Below are positions 51,586-64,000 of a DNA stretch of 64,000 bases, in pieces. Position 1 is the first letter of the stretch; every line of letters begins with the position of its first letter. The notes under the pieces are model-generated. The model did not search any database. It was given only the letters and a program-made list of their open reading frames with translations, and was not told the origin of the DNA. Source of the DNA: Octopus sinensis (taxonomy: Eukaryota). The DNA is taken from the NCBI RefSeq assembly GCF_006345805.1, contig NC_043010.1:42160001-42224000 (forward strand), read 5' to 3'. The translations under genes and the position numbers were made by a program.

Positions 51586-53069
51586 CAGAGTGAGTATATA
51601 TAATATAGACACCCGTAATCATTAGCATACATATATAGATGTACATATACATATACTGAGAATGCATAAACATAAGTAAACGTAAACATAGGCTGACATT
51701 TACATAGATATACACACATGCTAAAATACTCTTAAACTTTCAAAAATTGTAAAGATTAAGATGCAAAAGCTAAGTCTGAGTAAAATATAAGACGAAAATT
51801 TCCGATTTTGAATGAAAACAAGAAAGAGCAAAACATTGAATTTCAATAATTTTCTCTCGGTGGCATTTTTGTTCTGTGCCTGAAACATATTATTTTTTTG
51901 AAGTTATATTATAAACTGTGAGACAGCGTATATGTCGTTCATTGTCTGGCATTCTATTCACTTGAAGATATTTCCCTCTCAGTCACATATTTTCAACTTC
52001 TATTGTTGCTAGCAATCTCATTTAGTCATCACTAACTATGACAGTCAAAATCCCCAGCTGTTCTCTCACAATATCGATCAATGAATTCATGCACATCTTT
52101 CGTGATTGCCATAGAAAGAAATGACTATCATGGAAATTATTCAAAATGTTTCATTATAAATATCAACATAAAACCAGTCCCCACAGACTTGAGCATTAAC
52201 TCACCAACGTATTTTAAAGTTATGTTGTAGTAGCAAACCGAATCAAGCCTGAAGTGCAATAACAAATGCCCTGCCAATATGATATATTATTGCACATATC
52301 CTAGTTTTCTTTTTATGCAATTGTCATAATGAAGTGTTTCATTTATATTTAGTATTACTATGTTACTACAAGTAGTAACGTGGGAGAAACGGTACATCAG
52401 CGAACTAAATAATTTAGTTCCTTTATGGACGTTTAAAATCTAAAGACAACAAACAAGGGGAATACTTTCAACAATATCCGTTGATGCACATTAGAGTGGA
52501 CCTGTTATGAAAAGCAACTGATGAAATCAATATGCATGTTTCTATAGAATTAGAACTCCTTAGTAAAATATATTCTACTCAGCAGAAGTGATTAGCATAC
52601 ATAAAAATAAAGGCAATATAGAAACGCAGATTATGAGTGTATACGATATACTTGCTAATTAATATCCCTGAGAAGTGTTCTGTATTTAATTTCCCTAAAG
52701 TAAATTGGTCAAACGCTACTTTATGTGTATTGAGTATGTTTAGCGCATATAACTTTCACTCAGTCATATTGTTGACATCCATTGTTACACTCTGCCATAT
52801 TGTTGACATAACAAATGTCCTTTATTTTTCAATATATATTGATCAAATCTGAATACAATATACTTCTCTAAGGAGGTTCAATACGATCTAAAAACATGTC
52901 TATTGCTTTTACCGTTTGTCTTTAAAGTTGAAATCTCTCTAATTTCCATTGTCTTCCATTATTCCAAATTTGAATTTGTTGATTTATCGCGTTATCTCCC
53001 TTGCTTATTTTTTCTGATTTTAAACACTGATTGTATGAATAATCTTAGTTTGTAAAACCTGGAGTACGG

Positions 53070-53242
53070 TCGATATGTTATCTATAGTGCAGAAATCTAG
53101 ACTTCCAAACAACATGAGGAGAGCCTCTTTCAAGCAACTGTTATCTCTGTTCTGTTGTATGACTGCTCAGCATAGACCCAAACCTCAAAATTGGAAAGAA
53201 AAATTGATGGAACCTACACTCGCATACTAAGAGTGGCTTTAA
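53070..53242 (+). pseudogene. RTE-clade RT C-terminal remnant
   Basis: FQATVISVLLYDCSA*TQTSKLERKIDGTYTRILRVAL. Confidence 0.75.
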
Positions 53243-55329
53243 GAGGAAAGGAGATAAAACCTATAAAATCAGTTGATCGAATTTTTCGACAATCGAGTGA
53301 ATAGAAAATAAAGTAGATTTGGTCTTTAAAACCAACTGATAAAAGCCATGGAATGTTTTTTTTTTATGTTATGAGATCACAGCGTAGCATATTCGACTCA
53401 ATTGGCAAGAAGCGTGATCGATATAATATAGAAATGGAAGGAATGAAAGTGAAGCTGATTATGAATATCAGCATTTGTTAATTTTAATTTGCTCCAGCAA
53501 TTTGATTGCATATGTGGGTTAGTATATAGGTATATTTGTTTATTTTTGTATAGGTATTAGTTTGTACGTTGGTTTGGTTTTGTTTGTGTGTGTTTGTTGG
53601 TGTGTACCTGCACACGTGTATTCATGTGTTTGAATGTGTGTATGTATGTGTTTGCCTGTATACATGTGTGTATGTGTGTGTGTGTGTGTGCATGAATGCG
53701 TTTCAATATCTACTGTCTACATGCAATGGAACAAAAGTTCACATGGCATGAAATACAAACCTGCTAGAAAACCAGAATTCTCTCACTGTTCTCGACAATG
53801 GAAGTTATAAATAAATTGGCTTGCATGAAGATCATTTCTAAAGTAGAACTGGGAACACAGCTGAAGTGATCAAGGTGTGATAATATAATGCAACAATGCT
53901 TCATATGCCAATCGGAACATTTACTCTGAGTTTGTTGGGGTTTTTTCCTTTTCAAAAAAATCAATGGCCCACAATGCAATCGATGTGTTGGTCCCTTTTC
54001 TCCTGACTATGCATTCTTTTGCATATATTTGGGATATCGGTTCAGAAGTTTGATTCAATCAGACAATTGAAACAAAAGATCCTCTAGATCTAAGAAGCCA
54101 TCAGGAGTATTTTTATTTTATTTTATGTATCAACAGAAATATTATCATTGTTGCAAGAGTGGGAAAATATCAAGACCATTTTTAAGATTTCCATACAATC
54201 TAGTAAACAATAGAAGATGCTTACGAACCAACGATGTAACCTCTATTCATCACTCTGTCTGATAGAAATAGCAGCTAGGCCCCTCACAAATTTTACCTCA
54301 AATTTCTTAAAAAGGAAAGTAAATATTTTATTACGTAGTTCTGCATACACTGTTACAACAACCAAAAATGAGTCGAGCATGTCTGAGTTTCCTTAGTCTG
54401 AAACTAAACGAAAACAGCAACAGGAATGAGCTCAAGAGTTAAAACTCCTGCAAATCACACTTTACTGTCTTGGAAAAGGAAGGACACATTCATACCTTAG
54501 AATCTTAAAAAGTAAAGGATATGTTTAATATCCGCGGTATAGCAATAGAGGAACGAAAATACGATCACAATCGGATTAGGTTTGAGTGAATGAGAAGGGG
54601 GCGTACGTTTTGCCATAAACTGTCTGGAAAACAGTACAGTATCGCTATATGTCGGAAAAATCCAACTTCTAGAAGCAACACACACACAGACAGCTCTCAA
54701 ATAAATATGGGTAGATATAAATTACGTGACCTGGACAAGGCAGTTTGGGTAGAATTCCATAGTTCCCATATGCAACCAGAAACTCATCTTCTACCCAACA
54801 TTTTTAGGGAGAAGGAGCTGCCCTGTTAAGATAATGAGAGCTCCTCCTGGACTGAACATCTGGTGGCCGAACGGAGAGGAATTTTAGGGATGGTCTCTCT
54901 CCAGATCAAACAGGAGAATGTGAAAAGGATCCCAAACTTTATCCATCTGCCTAATTGAGTGTTACTGTTGAGGGTAGAAGGCTGAGATGCCAATTGTGTG
55001 GTGCTGAAATTCACTTAAAAACCTTTTTGCCCTTAACAAAAAACAGGGATGTGGAGGCCCCTTACTAATGCCAATATCACAGTCCCAACAATGAAAGCAG
55101 TGTACAACACTGGCAGCAGAACCAATACGAACAACTGTAGTAATAGAAGCAACAGCGAAAACACAAATGATTGCAGATGCATCTGCACCAACAACAGTAG
55201 CAGTACCAACACCAACAACTGCAGCATAACGAAGAACAGCAAAACTAACAACAGAATCAAAATCCGCCAGCCAGAAAAATGTCTATCTTAACTTCTTTTA
55301 CTTTCCTTCCCGTCTCTTCTTTCAAACAG

Positions 55330-55493
55330 AACCACACACTTGAACTCACACACGAAATCGTACTCCCAGCCTCACTAGCAGCGGATCTTTCTGACGTGGA
55401 AATCTTAACTTGCGATGAACAGAGAAAACGACAATCAAAAACTAATGAAAAGTTGATGCCATTTAACGCAGAAAAGGAAAGGATTGAAACAGA
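55330..55493 (+). other. Candidate exon
   Basis: Long pyrimidine tract plus CAG at 55327-55329, an open frame, and donor ga|gtgaga; no recognisable homology. Confidence 0.3.
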
Positions 55494-56637
55494 GTGAGAG
55501 GTCTTCGAGACCGGTACTTTCAAGGTGCCACAAATTTGAAAATAATAAGGATGGGCATAGAGATATATAAAATAATGAGGGGTAATTTTCCTAATGTTGT
55601 GTGATGCCCCAGCGCAAGGGCATAATAACCAAATCTCCCTAAAATTCCACCTTAATGTCATAAGAAGTGATAAATGTAGTAACTGATGTACAAATAGGCA
55701 GTACCGTCACATCTGCTACTGGAGCTAAAACACACTAAGAACAACATTATTTGATCGTAATAATTATAGAAATTAATTCACTTACAAACAGCTGCAAACT
55801 CTTTATTTTTATGTGTGTAATTTATAAACATTGTAGCTACTAATTTTTTGCTTGTTCATCTAATTGTATTTATGAGGCGGCCATAGATGTAAGTTAGGTT
55901 CAGCAGAGGTCTTGAGCGAAATAAAATTGCTAATTAAATGCAGAGGACAGAGAATTAATTTGTGTTAGGTATTGCTACAATATAGTTATACCTGTATTTC
56001 AGCTCAATGTAGCCTTTTAGTACACATATTAAAATAAGCATTAATATTAATTCATGTTGCTATGACTATATTCCACTCATTTGGATAGACTGGTCTACAT
56101 TCTTGTATACTTAACGATCATTAATACTTAGAGGCCGGTAAGATTTGTTATGTACATAAAATGCTGTTGATGAAATATTCATATTAGAAGTATGATAGTG
56201 TCCTGGTGCATATACTTCGTGGAGGGTGATTTATCAGCTAGTAAGTGTGCTAAGTATCAAGTTTGATGGGGCTAAAGTAACAATAACAGGGAGAGAGAGA
56301 GAGAGAGAGACAAGGCGAAAGTAACAGCTATTGCTTGTTTGTGGAACATGTATTTGAATAAAAATATATTATTAATAAACGAGAGTAGATGAAAATAGGA
56401 AATAAAATCAAAGAAAATAAAGGCTATTGTGTCGCAAGACAAAAGGGTGGCAAAGAGCATGATATGTATAAATTATTAAACAATGCATTTACAAGGAAAC
56501 AATATCGATAAAACTTGGTGGCTATATAGCTACCAAACCATCAATCTAATCTATTTGGCGTTAACATCCGACTCTCTCTCTCTCTTTCTTTTTCTCTCCC
56601 TTTCTCTCCCTATATACATACGTACATACATACATAC

Positions 56638-56712
<75 letters not shown>

Positions 56713-57053
56713 GTGTTTGTGAATATGTTAGCGAGCAAAAAGGGCGGAAATAGATTAGAAAGAGGTTTAGACCTTAGTCAGGCAATCTCATATATACCGA
56801 CGTCGATGAAATGTGGATGTACAGCTTGCAATCAGCTTATCATATCTAAGATTTGGTATGTTTCTTTTCGTTTTCTTCACTTACTGTCACTTTCTGTAGA
56901 CGTATGTATGTATGTATGTATGTATGTATGTATGTATGAATGTATGTATAGGTAGGTAGATAGATAGATAGACAGTTAGATAGACAAATAGATAAATAGA
57001 TAGATAGATAGATATATAGATAGATAGACAGTTAGATAGACAGACAGACAGAC

Positions 57054-57148
<95 letters not shown>

Positions 57149-57254
57149 TATTAGTCTTTGTTTTTATTCAGTTAAAATTTTTAAAATTATATTAATCTGA
57201 TGGGTTACTCTAAAGTTTTGTAGGTACAAACTTGTTATTCTTAAAGAGTAGTTG

Positions 57255-57299
57255 ACAGCGACTTCGAAGTTTCTGGCAGCTAAGCCGTCGTTGGACAGC
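57255..57299 (-). ncRNA. Degenerate hammerhead-like motif
   Basis: CCAACGA c GGC-uuagcu-GCC a GAAA CUUCGAAG UC GCUG; palindromic stem III. Confidence 0.4.
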
Positions 57300-57333
57300 T
57301 TATCTGTCTATCTAAAAATAGATAGATAGACAA

Positions 57334-57395
<62 letters not shown>

Positions 57396-57776
57396 TTGAG
57401 TTTGTGTATGTGTGAGTGTTTGTGGCAGGGTATGTGCAATTTTTTCCTTTATTTTGTTCAACGGAAACACAAAGGAACTTAATATCAAACAAAATCATAG
57501 TTCAGGATTAAAAATATACTTGCTGCTTCCACGCATACTTGTGTGTGTACGTGCTTGTGTGTTAGAATAAAAGTAAGTTGATGTTCGAGTTGAATCTTTT
57601 TTATTAATGATTATTCATCTTTCTCTATTAGGCCTTCAGATCTACATTGGAACCATAATATTATCAAATCCTTTAATATTCTAAAACTTTCTCAGCCTCT
57701 GCTTCTCAAGGAAATCTCGATAGTGGTGCAGTAAGTAGCTTTAAAGTAAGCAACAAGAGATCGTAAGAAACCTGTA

Positions 57777-57826
<50 letters not shown>

Positions 57827-58029
57827 GCGCTATGTGTGTCTGTCTTTCTCTGTGTGTGTGTGTGAATGAACAAACGAGGGAGCATTCAACACAGTTACAA
57901 TTGTGTTTGTGTGTGTATAGTATATAAACACATATATGTATATACTTATACACAAATAAACATACATATACACACACGCACACATGCACGCAGACACACA
58001 GACACATATTTTTAATCATCATCATCATC

Positions 58030-59585
58030 ATCACCATAATCGTCATCATCATTTAATGCCTGTTTTCCATGCTGGCATGGGTTGGACGGCTTGACAGGAA
58101 CTGGCAAGGTCAGGGGCCGCACCAGATTCCATAGGTCTGTTTTGGCTTAGTTTCTACAGCTGGAGGTCCTTCCCAATGCCAACCACTTTACAGAGTGTAC
58201 TGAATGATTTTTATGTGGCAGCAGCACCAACACCAATACTTTTAACGTGGCACTTTGGTTTTAAGATCTCAATTCTGTTGTGACAGGCGAGTCTTCTTGA
58301 GTACAGCAGCACCCCACATACCCAGTAGGTCTTCCACACCCCTGTGATCTCCTTCATAAAGCTCAGCGTCTAGATATAGGCCTTTAATACTTCGTTCCAT
58401 GTCTTCCTCGGTCTTCCTCCGGCACAACTTCCCTTCACTTTAAGTGATCGGCATTTTTTATGCAACTGTTCTCATCCATCTGAATCACATGATCAAACCA
58501 GCGCAGTCCTCTTATCCCTAACTTTTCTCTCAATTCTCTCTCGCACATGTACACTGTCATTGCACATCCAGCGGAGCGTACCAACTTCGTTCCTCTCAAT
58601 TATTTGCATATCCTCTGCATTCGGGACTCCTATCTCACTGTCATGTAGCATTGCTGTTCGTACATATGCATCATACAATCTTCCTTTCATCCAGGAAACA
58701 GAGTAAAAGCTCTCTGAAGTTTCTCCTATTCTCATTCTAACAACTACACTTTCTCTACTAACTCCTCCACTGCTAATTTGGTCACCTAGGTAACAGAAAT
58801 TATCTTACAACTTCCAGAGAGCCTCCGGGACACTTGAGGAAATCTTATGACTCCTGTACATCTTCCACCACATACAATCAGTATTTTCTCTGATAGCCTT
58901 TCTACTATTCAACTGTACCTCTTGTGTGTCCGAATGTAATTTCTGCCTATATCTTTCCTACAAATCGACCTCAAGTGTGACGGCTCCTGTCTGATTTCTT
59001 GCTTTCTAGAACCTTAGTCTTTGCCAAGTTAACTTTAAGACCTTTTGATTCCGGGTTTTCTTTTCACACCTGGAATTTATTTTCTAATTCTGTTATAGAT
59101 TCTGCAATGAGATTAGGCCTTTATGAATAATCTGATTAACTATACGAGTGACTAACCTGTATCCCATTCTACCAAATATTTTAAGCATCTCAGTATTGGC
59201 ACCTGATGGACCAGAGACCTTCCTTGTCTTCATATCTTCAGTTACCTTATCTATAACACTGCTAGTAGCCTTTCAAAGTAGGCCTTCCACGCCTCTTTCT
59301 TTTCAGAATCACTAAGAGCAAGCATACCGTAACTGCCCTGGCACACTTCTTCTCTACTACATATTGATTCTCTCTGACACACAGCCTGGAAATCCCGAAC
59401 ACCTCAAGTCTCTGATCTTCACGCTGTAAGACAGGGAAATCTCTTCCTAGCTATATATACCTGACGCCTAGCTTCTCTTTTGGCAATCTGACATGTTTCT
59501 TTGCTACCCTCACTCTTCCAATTTTTCCAAGCCCGTCTCTTCTTTTTTATAGTCCTGACGATCCCATTGTTTCACTACCATGTCA
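58030..59585 (-). pseudogene. RTE/RTEX-like LINE, 3' part with deletions
   Basis: KGRLYDAYVRTAMLHDSE...ERNEVGTLRWMC; 3' tail next to (CAT)n. Confidence 0.8.
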
Positions 59586-59602
59586 CCCTGTATATACACA
59601 GA

Positions 59603-59835
59603 AGACGTGTGACTTAGTGGTAAGAAGCTTGTTTTCCAACCACATTGTTCCAAATTCAGTCGCGTTGTGTAGCACTTTTGGGGCAAGTGTCTTCTACCGT
59701 AGCCTCAGACCGACTAAAGCTTTGTGAGTAGGTTTGGTAGACGGAAATTAAAAGAAGCCCGTTGCATTTATGTGTGTGTATGTAAAAGTGTGTGTTCCCC
59801 ACTACCACTTCACAACTGGTGTTCGTGTGTTTACC
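59603..59835 (+). mobile_element. SINE family A partial
   Basis: Similar to 32107-32410. Confidence 0.8.
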
Positions 59836-60939
59836 AAACATACATTCATACAAAAACATGACTCTTTCTACACATAGCCATGGCATAAACCCACACTCAT
59901 ACCCATACGCAGAAGGCTCAGGCAACACACATGACAGTACAGCTACAATTCAATGAAAATACATACGCATACAATCACAGCAACAATGTCGGTTATGCTC
60001 CACATTTGTATGCATACATTTAAATGGTATACTCCAATGCACATAGACACACGTTACTAATACTTAAAATAACAGAAAATAAACATACTTAAAAAACACG
60101 TACACGGATACACGCACACACATGCACACACACTTGTCTTGACTATACATTCACACATACTAGCTCATCTATATAGCGGAATTAGACACAAAATAAAGGA
60201 TCTTTCATACTTCCTTAAATTAGCAAGTAAAACACACAAAGGATTAAAAAGAAAACGGAAGCAAATACTACAGAAATATAGTATTCCTGTAGTATATACA
60301 GAAATATACAACAGAAATACATAGTATATAGATTCTGCAACGAAGGTTAGGTCACTCACTAGAGATTACGCCTTTATGAATAATCTGATTGACTGTACGA
60401 GTGATTAGACTGTAAACTATTCTACCAAATATTTTAAGCATCTCAGTATTGACACCTGATGGACCAGAGGCCTTCCTTGTCTTCATATGTGAGATGATTT
60501 TTAAAAGAAATGGTCTTCTCTTCGACGCAAGAGTAATAAAGCGTTACGAATATGACACTAACGTTGCACAGTCTTAAGAAGTTGAATGTACAAAATGAGT
60601 GCCACATCGGAACAATAGTGAATAAAAACAGTTCAAATAATAATCTAGATGCTACAAACATAAGCTGGAAAATACCAGAAAATCTTAAAGTTTGAAACTT
60701 TTGATTAAGATATTTAAAATGTTCGCAACCAGGGAAAACTATTTTAATCTCCAAAATTTAAGGAATAACAAAATTATCCGAAAATAGTGACCTATAACTT
60801 CCTTTACTTTTGAGAAAATGACACTGTGTTGCATTAAACAAAATCCCCAAGTCCCAAAACATTTAAATACACCAGTCTCTGCAACTAGAAATGATTATAC
60901 TTATAATGCAAAAAATATATAATAAAGTATTCAAAGAAA

Positions 60940-61625
60940 TCTAACACAAATAGCTGCGAACCATGTGCTAAACAAAAGGCAACATTTACAAGAAGAAGCT
61001 GGAGGGAATAGAGGTGGAGAACAAACAATTGATTCTATTAAAGAATTTTAAAAGAAATAAACTAAAATTTTGATACAAAATATCATGGTAAGAAAACTTT
61101 GATTATAGCAAGAAAACTTTCATTATGGACAACAATACTACGCAGAAGATAAAGAAAAAACTGTCATTGAACGAAAATTAAATGAGTCAAGGCTGAAGCC
61201 AAAATATTTTATATAATTTTACAAGACGACAACTTTCCTAATAGAAACTTACAAAAACGTTAAATGTAGCAGAAATCATATTATTTCAGGCTGTCCAGTC
61301 TTAGCCAAAAGGGTAAATATCTACAACTTTGAAAGTCTTGAAACTTTTACAGACTGGAAATTATGCCAGTATTATTAAATAGTACGGAGAAAAAGTTATA
61401 CATCTTATATTTCAAAATACCACAGAGAATAACAAATGTTTATATTCTGGATCATTCTAATTCACTTTTGTTGAAACATTTAGGCAACATAGTTGTCATC
61501 TAATCAATGCATCATTTCCAACAAACGGTAATATTATGCCTTAAAAAGAAAACAGAGAAATTATCCAAATATAAAATTCAGAAAAAGAGAGATAACCAAA
61601 GTGCTAGAATTGAAAACAAAATAAT
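60940..61625 (+). pseudogene. Highly decayed R4/Dong-like 3' ORF
   Basis: HIISGCPVLAK and WKLCQYY remnants. Confidence 0.6.
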
Positions 61626-62424
61626 ACACTTTAGGATGTCGTTTTGTTAATAACAATGCGACTAATGTTTACATTTGAAAACAATGAGACACAAAAAGTT
61701 GATTTCCATACTTATAATGGTTATTAGATGTAGTCGTTTTGAAGTTTTGATTCTATATTTGTTGCACTAAATAGAATAAGAAGCTTACAGCTATAGAACT
61801 CACTACTGTTGTCAACTCCTGAGATAAAATATGTTCCAGTCGAGACAATACCATATTTTTTCGGACACGATACATACGGAATTACATTTCTCAATTTGTC
61901 GATAATTTTTAAACAGCTGGGTATGGTTTAAGAAGGCATTTTATTATAACTTGCATATCAAGTGATCGTATAGATGATGGTCTTGTTTCATTTCATCTGG
62001 TTGTTTGTTAGAAATATGGCTTCGTAGATTACGTTCTGAAAAAGTAAAAGAATTATGAAATGTGCTCAACGAGAAGGATATACTTTATCTTAAAAAACGA
62101 TTCTAACTTGGCATTTTATATTATTCGAATAAAGATATATTTCCAGCAATAGATTCGGATAGCTTTCTTGAAATAATAATGATTTATATAGCTACCTTTA
62201 TTAACGAAACTGAAACATTGTTAAAATAGTAAACACAATAAGAAAGCAAAAACAGATCTTAATTGTTGAATTATGTGAAACAGTTGGATAATCACTGATG
62301 AACATAAGAAGCTGCAAAGATATTACTATTTAACAGTGTCGATTCTTGAGGGCAAATGCGTAAATTGCAAGGTCGGTAATAGAATTATAGTAGTAGAAGG
62401 TATAACATTTCTCTCTCTCTCATT

Positions 62425-62479
<55 letters not shown>

Positions 62480-63308
62480 TACACACACATACTCACACAC
62501 ACATGCTCGCGCGCTCTCTCTCTCCCACACCCACCCACCCACATGCACTCTCTCTCTCCCTCTCTCTGACGTTAAAACGCGGAGAATTTAAAATTTGTCT
62601 ATTAATCTTTCGTTACACACTGCAGAATGTTTAAATTTGCAATCATGTTAAATGAATGATGAAATATCAGAAGAAATTGCTGAGGTAGAGACAGAGACAG
62701 AGCAAAGGAAAGAAGAGAGAAGCAGGATTAATAAAGCAGTCTTCGCATTCTGACAGCTTTCATCTTTAAAAAGATGGGAGATGGAAAGAAAGAAAGAAAG
62801 AAAGGGCGGAGGAAAAGAGATAAAGAAAGTAAAGGGAACGAGAAAGAATAAACACGAAAAAGAGAATAAAAATAGTAGAGTCTCAGGTCAAAGTACCAAG
62901 CAGCATAGTGTAAGGTTGAGAAAAAGAACCCGAGGTGAAACTGTCGGAAAATCGAATGCTGTGTGATTTAGAGGAAGTAACAAAATTTCTGAAATTAGAT
63001 ATTATTAAAAAAATTTTTAAACATATTTTTTAAAATATATTTTCTCAAAATTTATTTACTAGCCATCTTCCTTCCTTAGCCTTTTTCGCCTCTCCACCCC
63101 TCTTTCTCTCTCGCTCTCGCTCTCTCCCTTTTCTCCCTTTCCTTCACTATTATTCATTCGTTGTCCAACCTCTACTTGCATTCACAAATTTCAATATAGA
63201 TTCTATTTCGTTTTGGGATTTGGTTTGCAAGGTTCTTTATGTGAGTTCATGTGTTGAAGCATATTCTGTTGTGTCTGGGGAGATTCATTCTCTTTTAGTG
63301 CCTTGTGA

Positions 63309-63641
63309 AGGCGCATGGCTCAGTGGTTAGAGCGTCGAGCTTACAATCGTGAGATTGTGAGCTCGAATCCCGGACCGGACTGCGTGTTGTGTTCTTGAGC
63401 AAGACACTTTATTTCACGTTGCTTCAGTTCACTCAGCTGTAGAAATGAGTTGCGACGTCACGAGTGCCAAGCTGTATTGGCCCCTTTGCCTTTCCCTTGG
63501 ATAACACTGGTGGCGAGGAGAGGGGAGGCCGGTATGCATGGGCGACTGCTGGTCTTCCATAAACAACCATGCCCGGATTTATGCATGGGAGGGTAACTTC
63601 CTAGGTGCAATCCCATGGTCAGTGTCGTGACCGAAGGGGGT
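63309..63641 (+). mobile_element. tRNA-derived CORE-SINE (OR2-like)
   Basis: A/B boxes, then tgtgttcttgagcaagacactt...cagttcactcagctgtagaaatgag (MIR/CORE-like). Confidence 0.8.
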
Positions 63642-63704
63642 CCCGGATCCCGGAATTTAATACACACACCGGTAAAATTTCCACTCATCTGCTTATTTAT
63701 TTTT

Positions 63705-63743
63705 CTAAAATATTTTCATAGCGTCTTGCAACCCTTTCAATAG
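63705..63743 (-). ncRNA. Minimal hammerhead-like motif (U3-A8, A9G)
   Basis: CUA UUGAAAG G GUUGC-aagac-GCUAU GAAA AUAU UU UAG. Confidence 0.5.
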
Positions 63744-64000
63744 TTGTTGACGCTGTCCGTTAGCCAAGCTGCGTTCTTTTTGTTCGTGCGCATGTGTGTG
63801 TATGTATGTACGTATGTATGCATGCAGGCATGTATGTATGTATGTATGTATGTATGTATGCATGCATGTAACTGTGTGTATGCATGCATGTATGTATGTG
63901 TGCGTATGTACATCGGTTAGATAACATTATATATAAGGAAACCAGTAGTGCCTGTTCTAGATATAGAAGCAAAAGTTGGAATAGGATACAAAGACCTTGT

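Larger units (their letters stand above)
63170..63760 (-). mobile_element. Penelope-like pLTR related to 35265-35505, interrupted by a SINE
   Basis: tgcaag.t.tttatgtga..tc.tgtgttgaa is shared with 35281-35313; HHR motif at 63705-63743. Confidence 0.6.

Noticed and set aside
55049-55291. Asn/Ser/Thr-rich 80-aa ORF
   Set aside because: Decayed (AAC/AGC)n low-complexity sequence.

Overview
This is AT-rich, microsatellite-dense animal DNA. The SINE families and repeat content suggest an octopus or other cephalopod genome (inferred from recognition, not from a search). The window looks intergenic or deep-intronic: no intact protein-coding gene is supported, and most listed ORFs are microsatellite artefacts. 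It contains tRNA-derived SINEs, decayed LINEs (R4/Dong-type RLE, RTE, CR1/Zenon-like, L1/Tx1-like), Tc1/mariner and hAT DNA transposons, MITEs and Penelope-like element (PLE) fragments. The most notable signal is a set of about 14 type-I hammerhead ribozyme (HHR) motifs, found by manual folding, in about 9 repeat families. Several have non-canonical cores (G3-C8, U3-A8, A6U, A9C, an extra nt before stem II, long loop-2 inserts) and palindromic stem III, and several lie in or beside long foldback palindromes. The best case is a young ~960-bp non-coding insertion (46111-47067) with a 15-bp TSD, a 211-bp 5' inversion and a 561-bp unit plus a 191-bp repeat. It carries a canonical HHR whose predicted cleavage site lies 7 nt from the repeat boundary, consistent with a retrozyme or mini-Penelope element. 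A juxtaposed acceptor-G-donor site (possible 1-nt microexon) lies on the minus strand at 30224. Coordinates were read by eye, and the ends of decayed elements are approximate.
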